Part shown: in pieces, positions 20,830-31,956 of the stretch | How positions within the stretch are numbered: the stretch's first letter is position 1 | Layout: every line of letters begins with the position of its first letter | IMG/VR virus record: IMGVR_UViG_3300021399_000148 | Origin: an uncultured virus (IMG/VR IMGVR_UViG_3300021399_000148) | Lineage: Duplodnaviria; Heunggongvirae; Uroviricota; Caudoviricetes | DNA: 64,000 bases | Strand: one strand, 5' to 3' | The notes under the pieces: model-generated | The model's database searches: none | Told to the model about the DNA's origin: nothing | The model's input: only the letters and a program-made list of their open reading frames with translations | Program-made: the position numbers and the translations under genes

Positions 20830-21216
20830 ATGGTTAAAGTTACGATGGAACAGGTTCTTAACTTTAGAAATAATGGAGATTTTCTTTCTAGTAAGGTAAT
20901 TCCATTGAAAATTGCATATAAGTTAAATAAGCTGAAAAAAGCGGTAGAAACTGAAGCAGAATTTTATGGCGGAAAATTTCAAGAAATTATTGATACCTAT
21001 GCTAAGAAAGATGAAAATGGAAATGTGGTTTTCTCAGAAGATGGCGATCAGATTATGATTGCCGAAGGAAAGATTGAAGACTGCAATAAGGCTCTTGAGG
21101 ATTTGCAAAATCTGGAGGTCGAAATTGATAATTGCAATTTGACTATCGATGATTTTGGAGATAATATGGAATGCACCGCAGAAGAACTTGAAGCGCTAAT
21201 GCCATTTCTTGGTTAA
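20830..21216 (+). CDS. Hypothetical protein
   Basis: SD AAGGAGG; 128 aa, acidic. Confidence 0.65.
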   Translation: MVKVTMEQVLNFRNNGDFLSSKVIPLKIAYKLNKLKKAVETEAEFYGGKFQEIIDTYAKKDENGNVVFSEDGDQIMIAEGKIEDCNKALEDLQNLEVEIDNCNLTIDDFGDNMECTAEELEALMPFLG

Positions 21217-21218
21217 AA

Positions 21219-21251
21219 TAAAAGAGAGGTCGTTATGACCTCTCTTTTTTA
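21219..21251. terminator. Bidirectional intrinsic terminator between convergent modules
   Basis: AAAAGAGAGGTC-GTTAT-GACCTCTCTTTTTT. Confidence 0.85.
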
Positions 21252-24200
21252 TTATCTTAAATTTCTGACCTGAGTTACGTTTCTGTAAGATGAGTTTGTC
21301 GTAATAATTTTTCCAACTCGTTTAGCAATTTTATCTACATCATAATCATTACTAATATGGTCTACATTAATATTGATTTCATAAGTAGCATCGCCACTAG
21401 ATGATTCATCGAGTGAACCCGCGGCTTTAACTGCGCGACTGAGTACATCTTTAAGGGCCAAGAAATTTTTTGTATCGGCTGCATTGAGTACAAGTTCTGG
21501 TTTTGATGGAGTGCCATCAAGCCATGCTGGACCTGTGAAATCAGCAATGCCGCCAGCTGCAAATTCTTTTTTGAATTTCGTCTTAAAAGCTTTTTTAAAT
21601 GCTTCACTAACTTTAGCTTTTCCAACAATGGCTCTAACTTCAGCGGCACTACTAAATTGATTCAAAATATCTGCCCAAGTTACGTCTTTTAAATTTGCAT
21701 ATTTCTTTAAAAAACTATATCCAGATACACCCATTGACATAGCAAGTTCTGTTCGTTTTTTAAGCTTAGGTAAATCTTTGGCAGAGGGCTTTCCAGATGC
21801 CCCCGCACCCGCTGAACTCTTGCTTCCAGGTGCGCTACCTGCGCTCTTCTTGGGTTCTTCTTTGGTTTTCTTTTCTTCTTTTTTCGAAGTTTCTTTAGGT
21901 GTAGTATTTTGTTCAATTTTTTCAACAGAATTCTTTATTTTTTCACTCAAAGCTTTGGCTGCTTCTAGTTTATCTTTCGTAGCTTTAATCTCTTCTATTT
22001 GCGCTTCTTGTAAATCTTGATTTGTTGTTAAACCACTAAAGAATTTATTCCATTCTGCATCTACCTTGTCTTGTAATGGACTTGGCATTTTGTCATAATC
22101 TGGATAATTTTTTCTTAGCCACCCTTCGCGGATTTCATTCTCATAAGCTTTTGGATTAGCCATCCAAGTATTAACTTGTGCAGCATTATTGGTACTCTCT
22201 AAAAGAGCCTCTTCTAACTCAATTACCCTCTCTCTTTGTTCCGCAGCGAGATCAGCTTGTTTTTGTAGCTGATCAATTAATTGATCTTCTAATGAACGTT
22301 CATAGTTTTGTTGAGCATCAGCGATTTCTTTCTCAAGCTGAGCAATTTCCACAGCGTGGCCGCCAGATGTATCTGCACGTAACAGAGCAAGACGTTGCAT
22401 TTTTTGAGATATATCTCTTTCCGTATTGGCGTTATCTTCTTTTCTACGGCGTTCATCAAGTTTGTTTTTAATTTGCTCAAGAAGCCTATTCATTGAATCT
22501 TTAATTGAATCACTTAACTTTTTAAATTGTTCAATTTCATTCTTTTGTTCTTCTTCGCTAATATCCCAAAGTTCTTCGGCATAATTATACCAATCATCTT
22601 GAAGTTCCTTTAATGTAGTATACTGCTCTGTTAAATCCGTATTTAAATCATCAATAGCTTTATTTAGATTTTCACTTTCTTCGGATAGTTCTTTAACGTA
22701 ATCTTGTATTGTTTTAAACTTTTCTTCTGTAATAATTCCTTTATTTTTATCTTCTCTAAGTTTTTCTTGTTTAAAATCAATATTTAATGTTCCATCAGAG
22801 TTGCGAGTAACATTTAAATATTTCCAAGCATCCTGTTGAGCAGCAATTCTCTTTTTTAGATTATCTCTATATTCTTCATAACCCATTCGCTCAGTGTCAT
22901 TTAATTTGCCAGCTTTAGCTTTTTTAAGATTAGCTTTTGCTATTTTTTGTTGTTTTTTTGCATTAATAAAATCTTGCTGAGCTTTTTTAATTTCTTGAGG
23001 ACTTCTACCAGTAGCAGAAACTCTTAATAAATTACGCTGAGCTTTTTCTACTTTTTTATCAGCTTTATTTTTTGCTTTTCGTGCGTTTGCAATCTTTTCT
23101 GTAGCATCAGTATCTGCTTTAAGTTTTTTTCGTACATCTGCTAAATTCTTTTTATCTTCTGTTTGATTTATTAAATTAGTAATATTTTTCTGAGTTGCTT
23201 TAATTAATGAATTATCTAATTTAATTTTTTCTGTTTGTTTTTTAACACCAACTATAAAGTTAGATACCATCTGTTCTGCGTATTGTTCAATATTTAAATA
23301 ACCAGTATCAAATTGTGCCTCTAATAAATCTCCATAACTCTTATTTCTACTAATTTTAGAAGTAACATTTGAAATTTGTTGAGTCAGTTCCCAAATAACA
23401 GTTAATTCGCTTTCCCACGCGAAGAAGGTATTGTAAAGCTCTTCGCTCATTTTATCCAAAGCTTCTTTAGCTTTATCTACACCATCTTGCGCACTATTTC
23501 TTTGTTTTATTCTCTCATCTAACCGTTTATTTAATTCATCCGCAACCGCCTGTCTTTTTGATTTATTTCCAATTTTATTAAGTGCCTTCTGATCAATTAC
23601 ATAAGTTCTATTATTCTTATCATACTTAATATATCCAGCTGTATTCACATAAGCAGTTTTGGTAACTTTTTCTTTTTTGCCTTTTTTATTTTTCTTATAA
23701 CCCTCATAAGAAATTTCCATCGCAGAGACAGAACCATTTTCATATGCTTTCTTAATGTCTTTAGGTTTTTTATACCTCTTCTTATCAATCTTCCGCAATT
23801 CTTTCTTAGCCTGGGCATTCATTTTTTTACTAATACCAAGTACGTGGGTTATATCGTCAATATATTTGTCACCGCCACCACCACCAGAAGATAGAGGCTG
23901 ACCAGTTTTCTTCAGAGTTGCTCGCATCTCCTTGATATATTTTTCAAAGTTGGTCGCACTTCTTTCCATAATTCTTTGCGCGCCCTCAAGTTTGCGAGCC
24001 ATATTGTCCCAATATACAGAAACTCTTTTAACAGTTTTAGTTGTATTTTCTACATCAGATTCTATCTTTTGTGTAGCTTTATCAATATTTTTCTTTGTGG
24101 TATTACTATCGTTAGAAACTTGTTTTGCAGCTTTATCCGCGGCCGATGTAGTGCCAGAAGAAGTTGATCCACTATCGTCAAATCTCATGCCACTTCCGCC

Positions 24201-27200
24201 TACATTAGACCCAGCTGGAATAGATTTTTGTTTTAAAATCTTTTTAGATTGTTCATGAGTCCAAACCACGGCATCTGGAGGTAAATCCAACATCTGTGGT
24301 CCACTAGCACCAAGAATCATTGAGCGATTTTCACTTGGAATCCAAGCTATTTCATAACCCTTTTCTCCAGTAAGAGTTAAACCACCTTTTCCATTAGGGC
24401 CTAATCTTCCTTTACCCTTCGCGGCGGAAGCAAAGGTAGGAACTGGTGTTGTATTAATTTTATTATTTTTGCCCTTTGCAAGTCCTTCATTCCAACCACC
24501 AACAGTGTTGCCACTTTTTGAAACATTGATATGAACTGTTTTACTACCAGTTTGATTTAATGTTACTGTTAATGGAATAGTACGCCCTTTATTACCATTA
24601 ATTAAACGCTCAATTTTTGCTTGAGCTGGACCAGTTATCGCATCAACCGTTATTTTTGCAGTGGTTCGATTAATTACGCCAACACCACGATCAACTTCAT
24701 CTTTATTAAAGGTTGTACTAACTCCTACCTTTTTAACTCCACTATTAGATTGCAGCGCTTTTACATTTTTAGTGACTGTACTTAATTGCGCCAAACCAGG
24801 TACGGAAATTGAGAATCTTGCACCTTGATCAATAGTTGCTTTTGTTTCAGTGGCTTTAGTTTTAACTTGTTCTAATTTAGTTTCTGCTTCAGCCGTATCT
24901 ACCGTGACCTTCGCAGCAGTGGTTTTTGGTTGTTGTGGTTGTTGTGGTTGTTGCGGTTGTTTTGGCTGTTGATTTGGAGGAACATTAGAGGGCATACCCG
25001 GCGCTTGTTGATGAGGAATTAAGTTTTTATTAGCTTCTGCTTCAGAACCTTCTTTCAATTTTTTGAAGAAATTTCCAATTTTTGAAATTAAAGAATCAGC
25101 GGGAAGCTCTCCTACTTTGCCAACTTCTTTTTCTATGTCTTTTGAATAATCAGGTTTTTCAAAATTAGATTCTGCACTAGCTTTAAGATATGCCTCTTTA
25201 ATTTTATCCCACGCAGAACTCATTACTTCTGCAATTGGTTTATTAAAAGCGTTTGTTTCTGGTTCTTGAACTTGAGTAGATTGATCAATTAAATCAGATG
25301 TGTCTTTACGTACTTCTGTTTCTAAAGCTGGGTCTTCTTTAGAACTTTCTTCAGAAAAACTTTGTCCTATCCAATTTTTAATACTACTCCAAAGCTGAGA
25401 TGCGGATTCCTTTAATTGACCAGGAGCTTCAGTAAGATCTGGACCTTCTGGAACTAAATGATAATTTCCATCCGTGCCTCTAACATAATTAGAATTTGAA
25501 GAAGTATCTGAGGTACTTCCTCCACGTCCAGAAGGTGGAGTATTTGGAGTTTCAACTTGTTCTGGAGGCTGTTGTGATAGGGTATTTAAAAATTCTTCTA
25601 TATTTACATCATTTTCTTGTAATACAGACAAATAATGTTCTAATGCCCCCAAATCTCCCGAGACGTCTTCGGCATCTTTTCCAGAGAAAGCTCCCATTAT
25701 TAAATTAGAAATACCATTTATACCCTGTTGATCAAGTTGTTGTAATTTAGATACATTAATTTGACCATTTTTATTGGTAGCTTGTCCAACAATTTCATCT
25801 AAATAGCTATCAACTGCTTCTGGTGAAAGCATTTCAGGCCCATGCTTTGTCTGTAAAATTGGACTAAAAGCTATCTGTATTTCATTTTTGTCCTCTCCAT
25901 AACCTTGGGCCCAACTCATGAAAGTGGAATGAGCATTTTTAAGCTCATCCGCAGTATATCCCCAAGCTTGCGCGACTTTAAAATTCTTATTCTTTGTCGG
26001 ATCTTTGCCCCAATTTAGAACCTGTCTATTGGCTAAATCGGTATTCATAAATCCATTTTTCTGATAAGCATCTATTGCTTTTTTCCCAGAGGCAGTATTA
26101 TATAAATCTGTGACACTTTTCTTAATATCTTCTACAGTCTCAGGTTTAATTTCTTTTTCTCCGCCAGAACCACCTCGCGCAGTTTCTTCTTGTTTTCCAG
26201 CTTCTTTCGTTTTAGTTTTTTCGTTTTTAGCTTTTGTTTCTTCTTCTTGATGTTTTTGCTTTCCAGCTTCTATATAATCCTTTAAATATTTTAAATAGCC
26301 ATTATCTTTATTATTAAACGCATCTATTTCTTTTTGTATTCTTTCAGCAGCCTCAGTATCCCCAGCTTCTTGTGCGGCTTTTAATCCTGTTTCTAACTGT
26401 TGTACCCAAGTAGTACCTTCTTTATATAGTTTATTTAATTCCGCTAAACTTCTACTATACTCCTCATCCGTAAGTTTTTTCCCGTTAGCATTCTTACCTA
26501 AAGAGAACTTCTGAGCTACTGTATCAGCTCCCTCGCCTCCTAAGACCTGTTGCTTATAATTCGAAGCCTGTGACATCGAACTATCAAACTTGCCATTTTG
26601 AACAAGATTAGAAGCCAATAATTGACGAATATCCTGTACTGTACTCTCAATTGCTTGTACAGAAGGAAGCGCAGGGTCTTGAGAGAAATCTACGAAATCT
26701 TTATAAGACTCATTAAAATCTTCTTCCGTAGCACCAAATTTCTTATTTGCTACATCAAAGATTTGTTCTTTTGTGTACTGTCCAGTTTCGCCTAATACAT
26801 TAATTGCAGATTCTAAATCTGTAATTCCCATATCTTTTAAGCTACTCTTAGAAAGCTCTACTGGTTCATCAATTATTACAACATTGCCCTCTTTTTGGAT
26901 TTTTTTCATTTCGGCGGCTTGTTCAGATAAAGAATAACCAGCCTCGGTCATAGCATTTTCTAAATGTGCTCTACTAACATAAAGTTTCTTTTGTTCACCA
27001 CTCTGTCCATGAACAACAGTTTCATCAGTTGATAAAGCCTTACGGACACTTTTAATATTACCAAGGTCTATATTGCCAAATTGTCTTAACTTATTTATCA
27101 TAGAACTCAATAAGTCATCTGACATACCAAGTTCTACAGCCAGTTTATGAAATGCTTCTGGATGCGCTTGCTGATCTATATTAAAAACGCCTTTTTTTGC

Positions 27201-30200
27201 ATCTATTAAAACACCTGGAATTTTATTAGCCTCTTTATTATTCATTAACGTATTCCAGAAGTTTTGTGCGCCCTCTGCTCCTTCTTTGAGCATAGGTTCT
27301 AACTTTTTAAGACGTTTTTCTATTTCGTCTTCAGCTTTAAAACCATCTTTATTATTTTTATATATATCAGCTACAGTTTCTCTACCAAGAAGACTGATAG
27401 CGCCAGTTTCAAAAGTTCTATCTCCTTTTCCTTGCGTATGTAATTTAGCTTTCGTACCATCTTCAAGTTCTGTTTCTTTAAAAATTTCATCATAAATTGA
27501 CTTCATTCCCTGCGCAGCAGTTGAATAATCAGTTTTAGTTGTCTCTTGGAAATTTTCAAGCGCACTTTCGGCTGCTTGAATCTTATAAGTCATTTCATTA
27601 AGAGCCTCAGTTAAAGAGATACTCCCCTCTTCGGTGAAATTTTGAATTTGACTAACTTGATTTTTTAAATGTTCGGTTAAAGCTTGCGCATAAGATTCAT
27701 TACTATTTTCATATTGTTCAATTAAATTTTGTAATTTAGTGATAGCCTCTTCGGAATCTTTAGTATATTTTCCTACATTTAAGGTATCTGCGAAATTCTC
27801 TTGCGCATCCGCGGCTATCTGCATTGCCTTGGCATATTCAGTATCTTCTGCTGTAATTGCTCCTAATTCAGTAGCAAAAGATTCAGCATCAGAAATAATA
27901 TCTTTATAACTTTTATCCTCAGCCGCGATATCCTCTAAACCAGTCATTAAGGCTGAACGCATTTCTGGAGCAATATCTTTATAGGCCTGAGAATCGGTTA
28001 ATTTCGCAGCAAGCAGATCAATTGTAGGCTGTATTGCTTTATTAAATTTCGCTGTATCTTTTGATAAAGAAGTGAAAGATTTTTCAAGTGAATCTGTATA
28101 ATAATCAGTAGCTGTTTCTCCAGCCTCTGACGCGGCGACTTGTAATTCAGAATTAATACTATCTTGATTCTTTACGAAATTTCTAATTGCAGACTTTTCA
28201 CCATTTTCTATTTGTTTTAAACTAGTATCATAGCGACTTAATACTTTATCTACATCAACATTAAAATCTGCATCTTGTAAACTCTTAGCTAAGGCTTGAA
28301 CACTACTCTGCATAGGTGTATTGGCTTTTTCTGTTGTCGTACCAAATTTATTTCCGCCACCTAACCAATAACCACTTATTGCTTCTTTTTGAGTTCTTAA
28401 TTGTTTATAATAACCCTTATTTATGTCTCTAGCTGCGATAACTTTTCTGAAAGATTCATCGCTCGTATATTCTTTTCTTGCTTTCTTTTCTTGTTGGTCT
28501 AATAAACGTAATGTTTCACTTAAGGCTTGATTATTGGTGATAATAGCCTTGCCTTGAGAATTAAATCCTTCAATTATTTCTGGATTCACATCGGCTATTT
28601 TTTGCACCATTTCTTGATATTTGTCATAATCAGCCTGCTCTAAGGAAACATTCATTCCATTAGAATCAACACCACGCGAAAGTCTTTCCCATTCGCCCTG
28701 ATAATTTTTTAGAGTGGTTCTATTTTTTTCAATTCTCTTAGTGGCTTTATCGTAGGCATCTGCTACATCTTTAGCATCCTTTTTAATTTCCTCGTTTCGT
28801 TTTTGCGCGCGATAAAATCCATACCCCAATGCAGCAAATGCACCAACTATTGCTGCGATTGGTAAAGCCATAGCACCAACAGTCGTACCTAATGCTGCAG
28901 CAACGCTCTGAAGTCCAGAAAAGGCAGAGCCTATTCCGCCTATAGCCATACCAACATTAGTAACTATTCCACCGAAAGACTGTAAAGCAGAGCCTACTGC
29001 CCCAACAGGTCCACCAAGTTGACTTAATAACATTCCAAAAGAACTAATTGACTGACCTGCTCCAATAAAAGCATCACCAACACCACTAGTAGCATTAGCA
29101 AGTTTATCCATTTTAGATAATGGTGCTTGGTCTTCCTTATAGCCCAGTCCTAAATTTCCTTTTTCCTCTGCTAAACGTCTTTGATATGCTTTTTTATAAG
29201 CCTCTGCTGATTTTTTACGGGTTTCTGGGTCTTCTTTTTGTATTTGTTCAATAGATTTATAATAATTTTGCCCCATCCATTGTCTAGCTTTGGATGCTGC
29301 TTCTTCCATTTTTTGACTATAATTAGCAGAAAAACCTTTTGCTGCATCAGTTCCTGCGATAGCACCCCAAGAACTAGGATTACCTAAAGCTCTTAGTCCT
29401 ACTTCTGGCTTAATTTGGCCTTTAGCCATCCCCTTAAAAATATCAGCTTGTATAGTTTTACCTAACATTTGCATTTTAGGGTTATCTGTAAAGGCACTAT
29501 CCATCATTTTAAAAGCACTACGTTGTATTGCATTCATAGTACCTCTATTACGCTGGAAAAGACGAGCCTGATCTTCTGGACTTAGTCCTTTAAAAGCTTT
29601 TCGAACCTTAGAAAGCTCTACATTTCCACCCTTATTTAAAGCCTTTAAATCATTCCTACTCTTTTCGTAATTGCCGGTATTTGTCTTCTCTGTTTTAATT
29701 CCTTTATTTTTAATACCATTAATGGCATTTAAAATATCACCTAACTTACTAACAATTGGTACGGTAATACGATTTGCGCCCATTCCCATAGCGCCGGTTT
29801 GCATACCTTTTCCGAAGCCGCCTTTTGTAGTTGGATCAAGCATACCACCCAATCCACCAATAAGTCCATTCATCGCGCGGCCAGCAATTTTTAAACCTGT
29901 AAAAGCAGTAAAAATAGAGAGGAAAGATTTGATTACTCCATTACCATGACTTAATCCGTCTATTAATTCATTGACTTTATCTATAATCAAGGTAATTCCA
30001 TCTACCGTACCCTTTACAAAGGTATTATTCGCAATACCCATAGTAAATTGTTGCCAAGCGTTTTGAAGCCTATTCATTTTTGCTTCAAAGGAATCCAAAG
30101 TTTTATTAAACTGTTCTTGAGAAGCACCAGCACTTTCATTTGCATAATCCATCAATTCCATTGTACGGTCATAACTTCCAACCATCGCAATGAAACGAGA

Positions 30201-31910
30201 CTGTTGTCTAGAACCAGCAGCTATTGTAGCAATATAACGTTGCTGCATCTGAGTTAAGCTACCCCATTTCTTAGAAATATCTAAAAATACTTCATCAAGA
30301 TTTCTAAATTGACCATTAGTAGCTACAAGGTCAACCCCAATTGTTTTTAAGGCGGTATCAACTCTATTAAAGTCAACCTCTTCTCCGTCAACCTCAGAAA
30401 TCTCAAGAGGATTCTTCTTTAACTCTTGGAATCTAGCTACAATGGTCTTCATCGCAGTACCTAAATTCTCTGGAGCTTCTCTTGTGGTTTCAATCATCTG
30501 AGCTAAGAACGCCGCGGTTCCTTCAAAACTCATTCCAGCAGAGTGAGCAATTGAAGCAGTACGTTCCATGGCTTCACCAATTTCTTTAGTATTAGACGCA
30601 GTTTTAGCAGCTAAATTTGAATAAACATCATTAATACGTTGAGCAGAAGTTTCATTTAACTCCATGTTAAATCCACGAAGCGCCGCGGTCATCATATCCG
30701 TCGTTTGAGCATAATCAAGTCCGGCAATACGCGCCATCTTCATAGTTTCAGCGCCAATTTCAAATGTAGCTTGCTGATCAAGACCCTGTTGATAGTACAG
30801 AGTCATTGTTTCATAAGCGCCCTGTGTTGTTGCACCCAATTCATTAGCAAGTTTTGTATATTTTGGTAAATCTTTCCACATGTCAGCAACACTGAAATTA
30901 GTTACTACTGCGGTTTCAGTCATTGCTTTATCTAAATTTTTAACAGATTCAACAGCCTGATCAATTCCTTGTTTAAGCAAATTAATCATATTTCTTAAAC
31001 TAAAGAAATACTGTGTAGATTGTTGCAAATCTCCCAATTGCTTTGACATGTTATAAGAAGAGTTTGCCATTTCTTTCGCGGCCAAGCCGACCTGTCTCAT
31101 TCCTAATTCTAATTTACTAGAATCACTAGCAAGTTTTTCTACTTCTATTCTTGCTCTGCTAAGTTGATCAGCTTGTAAACCACTTATATCATTCTTTACA
31201 CCTTCTATTGATTTATCAAGTTCTTTTGTTTTATTCTTCGCGTTTTCTGCATCCCGAGCTATTGCTTTAACACCCTCGCCCATCGTAATGCCATTAGCAA
31301 CATCAGCAGTAATTTTAGCTTCATCTTTTAATCTTTTAAAAGCCTTTTCTAATTTTTCAACTGCTTCTATATACGCCGTTATATTACCAGTTTTATAAGC
31401 ATCTAGGGCTTCTTTAGCATACTGTCCAGCTTTGGTCTTTCCGGCTTTGTTTTGTATTCCTTGAAGAACATTTTCAATATTAGCAGATTTTCCATCCGTT
31501 TCTACAGTAATTTTAAGAGCCTCTTTAGCTAGTCTATTCTTTTGTTCTACGAACTCTTTTAATCTATTTTGAGCCTCTACTATTTTAGAACTATCGACTT
31601 TAAAATCTATAGTTTTTCCTGTAATCTCTTTAAAAAGATGAGATAGTTTACCCAATTCTGTATCCATTTCTTTAGTTATTTTCGTAATATTGGATACATC
31701 AGCTTTAGAATTAAAACCAGCGTCTAATTGAGTTTTAAATCTTGAAAAAATCCCTTCTAAATTAGAAAAACTTTTTGTAAATTTCGCACCAAAATCTGCT
31801 GGTATTTTCAGCTTAGAAATACTTGATTGTAATTTTTTAATATCAGATTCGGCATCATCGACTCTTAACTTTAAATTACCAATAATATTAAACTCAGTCT
31901 GTTGCGCCAT
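21252..31910 (-). CDS. Tail tape measure protein (about 3550 aa)
   Basis: TP901-type TMP core (LDKAMTETAVV...GTAMKTIVAR), Gly/Ala hydrophobic segment, long coiled coils; start at ATG 31910 after SD. Confidence 0.9.
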   Translation of the reverse strand: MAQQTEFNIIGNLKLRVDDAESDIKKLQSSISKLKIPADFGAKFTKSFSNLEGIFSRFKTQLDAGFNSKADVSNITKITKEMDTELGKLSHLFKEITGKTIDFKVDSSKIVEAQNRLKEFVEQKNRLAKEALKITVETDGKSANIENVLQGIQNKAGKTKAGQYAKEALDAYKTGNITAYIEAVEKLEKAFKRLKDEAKITADVANGITMGEGVKAIARDAENAKNKTKELDKSIEGVKNDISGLQADQLSRARIEVEKLASDSSKLELGMRQVGLAAKEMANSSYNMSKQLGDLQQSTQYFFSLRNMINLLKQGIDQAVESVKNLDKAMTETAVVTNFSVADMWKDLPKYTKLANELGATTQGAYETMTLYYQQGLDQQATFEIGAETMKMARIAGLDYAQTTDMMTAALRGFNMELNETSAQRINDVYSNLAAKTASNTKEIGEAMERTASIAHSAGMSFEGTAAFLAQMIETTREAPENLGTAMKTIVARFQELKKNPLEISEVDGEEVDFNRVDTALKTIGVDLVATNGQFRNLDEVFLDISKKWGSLTQMQQRYIATIAAGSRQQSRFIAMVGSYDRTMELMDYANESAGASQEQFNKTLDSFEAKMNRLQNAWQQFTMGIANNTFVKGTVDGITLIIDKVNELIDGLSHGNGVIKSFLSIFTAFTGLKIAGRAMNGLIGGLGGMLDPTTKGGFGKGMQTGAMGMGANRITVPIVSKLGDILNAINGIKNKGIKTEKTNTGNYEKSRNDLKALNKGGNVELSKVRKAFKGLSPEDQARLFQRNRGTMNAIQRSAFKMMDSAFTDNPKMQMLGKTIQADIFKGMAKGQIKPEVGLRALGNPSSWGAIAGTDAAKGFSANYSQKMEEAASKARQWMGQNYYKSIEQIQKEDPETRKKSAEAYKKAYQRRLAEEKGNLGLGYKEDQAPLSKMDKLANATSGVGDAFIGAGQSISSFGMLLSQLGGPVGAVGSALQSFGGIVTNVGMAIGGIGSAFSGLQSVAAALGTTVGAMALPIAAIVGAFAALGYGFYRAQKRNEEIKKDAKDVADAYDKATKRIEKNRTTLKNYQGEWERLSRGVDSNGMNVSLEQADYDKYQEMVQKIADVNPEIIEGFNSQGKAIITNNQALSETLRLLDQQEKKARKEYTSDESFRKVIAARDINKGYYKQLRTQKEAISGYWLGGGNKFGTTTEKANTPMQSSVQALAKSLQDADFNVDVDKVLSRYDTSLKQIENGEKSAIRNFVKNQDSINSELQVAASEAGETATDYYTDSLEKSFTSLSKDTAKFNKAIQPTIDLLAAKLTDSQAYKDIAPEMRSALMTGLEDIAAEDKSYKDIISDAESFATELGAITAEDTEYAKAMQIAADAQENFADTLNVGKYTKDSEEAITKLQNLIEQYENSNESYAQALTEHLKNQVSQIQNFTEEGSISLTEALNEMTYKIQAAESALENFQETTKTDYSTAAQGMKSIYDEIFKETELEDGTKAKLHTQGKGDRTFETGAISLLGRETVADIYKNNKDGFKAEDEIEKRLKKLEPMLKEGAEGAQNFWNTLMNNKEANKIPGVLIDAKKGVFNIDQQAHPEAFHKLAVELGMSDDLLSSMINKLRQFGNIDLGNIKSVRKALSTDETVVHGQSGEQKKLYVSRAHLENAMTEAGYSLSEQAAEMKKIQKEGNVVIIDEPVELSKSSLKDMGITDLESAINVLGETGQYTKEQIFDVANKKFGATEEDFNESYKDFVDFSQDPALPSVQAIESTVQDIRQLLASNLVQNGKFDSSMSQASNYKQQVLGGEGADTVAQKFSLGKNANGKKLTDEEYSRSLAELNKLYKEGTTWVQQLETGLKAAQEAGDTEAAERIQKEIDAFNNKDNGYLKYLKDYIEAGKQKHQEEETKAKNEKTKTKEAGKQEETARGGSGGEKEIKPETVEDIKKSVTDLYNTASGKKAIDAYQKNGFMNTDLANRQVLNWGKDPTKNKNFKVAQAWGYTADELKNAHSTFMSWAQGYGEDKNEIQIAFSPILQTKHGPEMLSPEAVDSYLDEIVGQATNKNGQINVSKLQQLDQQGINGISNLIMGAFSGKDAEDVSGDLGALEHYLSVLQENDVNIEEFLNTLSQQPPEQVETPNTPPSGRGGSTSDTSSNSNYVRGTDGNYHLVPEGPDLTEAPGQLKESASQLWSSIKNWIGQSFSEESSKEDPALETEVRKDTSDLIDQSTQVQEPETNAFNKPIAEVMSSAWDKIKEAYLKASAESNFEKPDYSKDIEKEVGKVGELPADSLISKIGNFFKKLKEGSEAEANKNLIPHQQAPGMPSNVPPNQQPKQPQQPQQPQQPKTTAAKVTVDTAEAETKLEQVKTKATETKATIDQGARFSISVPGLAQLSTVTKNVKALQSNSGVKKVGVSTTFNKDEVDRGVGVINRTTAKITVDAITGPAQAKIERLINGNKGRTIPLTVTLNQTGSKTVHINVSKSGNTVGGWNEGLAKGKNNKINTTPVPTFASAAKGKGRLGPNGKGGLTLTGEKGYEIAWIPSENRSMILGASGPQMLDLPPDAVVWTHEQSKKILKQKSIPAGSNVGGSGMRFDDSGSTSSGTTSAADKAAKQVSNDSNTTKKNIDKATQKIESDVENTTKTVKRVSVYWDNMARKLEGAQRIMERSATNFEKYIKEMRATLKKTGQPLSSGGGGGDKYIDDITHVLGISKKMNAQAKKELRKIDKKRYKKPKDIKKAYENGSVSAMEISYEGYKKNKKGKKEKVTKTAYVNTAGYIKYDKNNRTYVIDQKALNKIGNKSKRQAVADELNKRLDERIKQRNSAQDGVDKAKEALDKMSEELYNTFFAWESELTVIWELTQQISNVTSKISRNKSYGDLLEAQFDTGYLNIEQYAEQMVSNFIVGVKKQTEKIKLDNSLIKATQKNITNLINQTEDKKNLADVRKKLKADTDATEKIANARKAKNKADKKVEKAQRNLLRVSATGRSPQEIKKAQQDFINAKKQQKIAKANLKKAKAGKLNDTERMGYEEYRDNLKKRIAAQQDAWKYLNVTRNSDGTLNIDFKQEKLREDKNKGIITEEKFKTIQDYVKELSEESENLNKAIDDLNTDLTEQYTTLKELQDDWYNYAEELWDISEEEQKNEIEQFKKLSDSIKDSMNRLLEQIKNKLDERRRKEDNANTERDISQKMQRLALLRADTSGGHAVEIAQLEKEIADAQQNYERSLEDQLIDQLQKQADLAAEQRERVIELEEALLESTNNAAQVNTWMANPKAYENEIREGWLRKNYPDYDKMPSPLQDKVDAEWNKFFSGLTTNQDLQEAQIEEIKATKDKLEAAKALSEKIKNSVEKIEQNTTPKETSKKEEKKTKEEPKKSAGSAPGSKSSAGAGASGKPSAKDLPKLKKRTELAMSMGVSGYSFLKKYANLKDVTWADILNQFSSAAEVRAIVGKAKVSEAFKKAFKTKFKKEFAAGGIADFTGPAWLDGTPSKPELVLNAADTKNFLALKDVLSRAVKAAGSLDESSSGDATYEININVDHISNDYDVDKIAKRVGKIITTNSSYRNVTQVRNLR

Positions 31911-31956
31911 TCTTCCTTTCCTCCTTTCCTCCAATTAAAAATGACGTTAACCAAAG

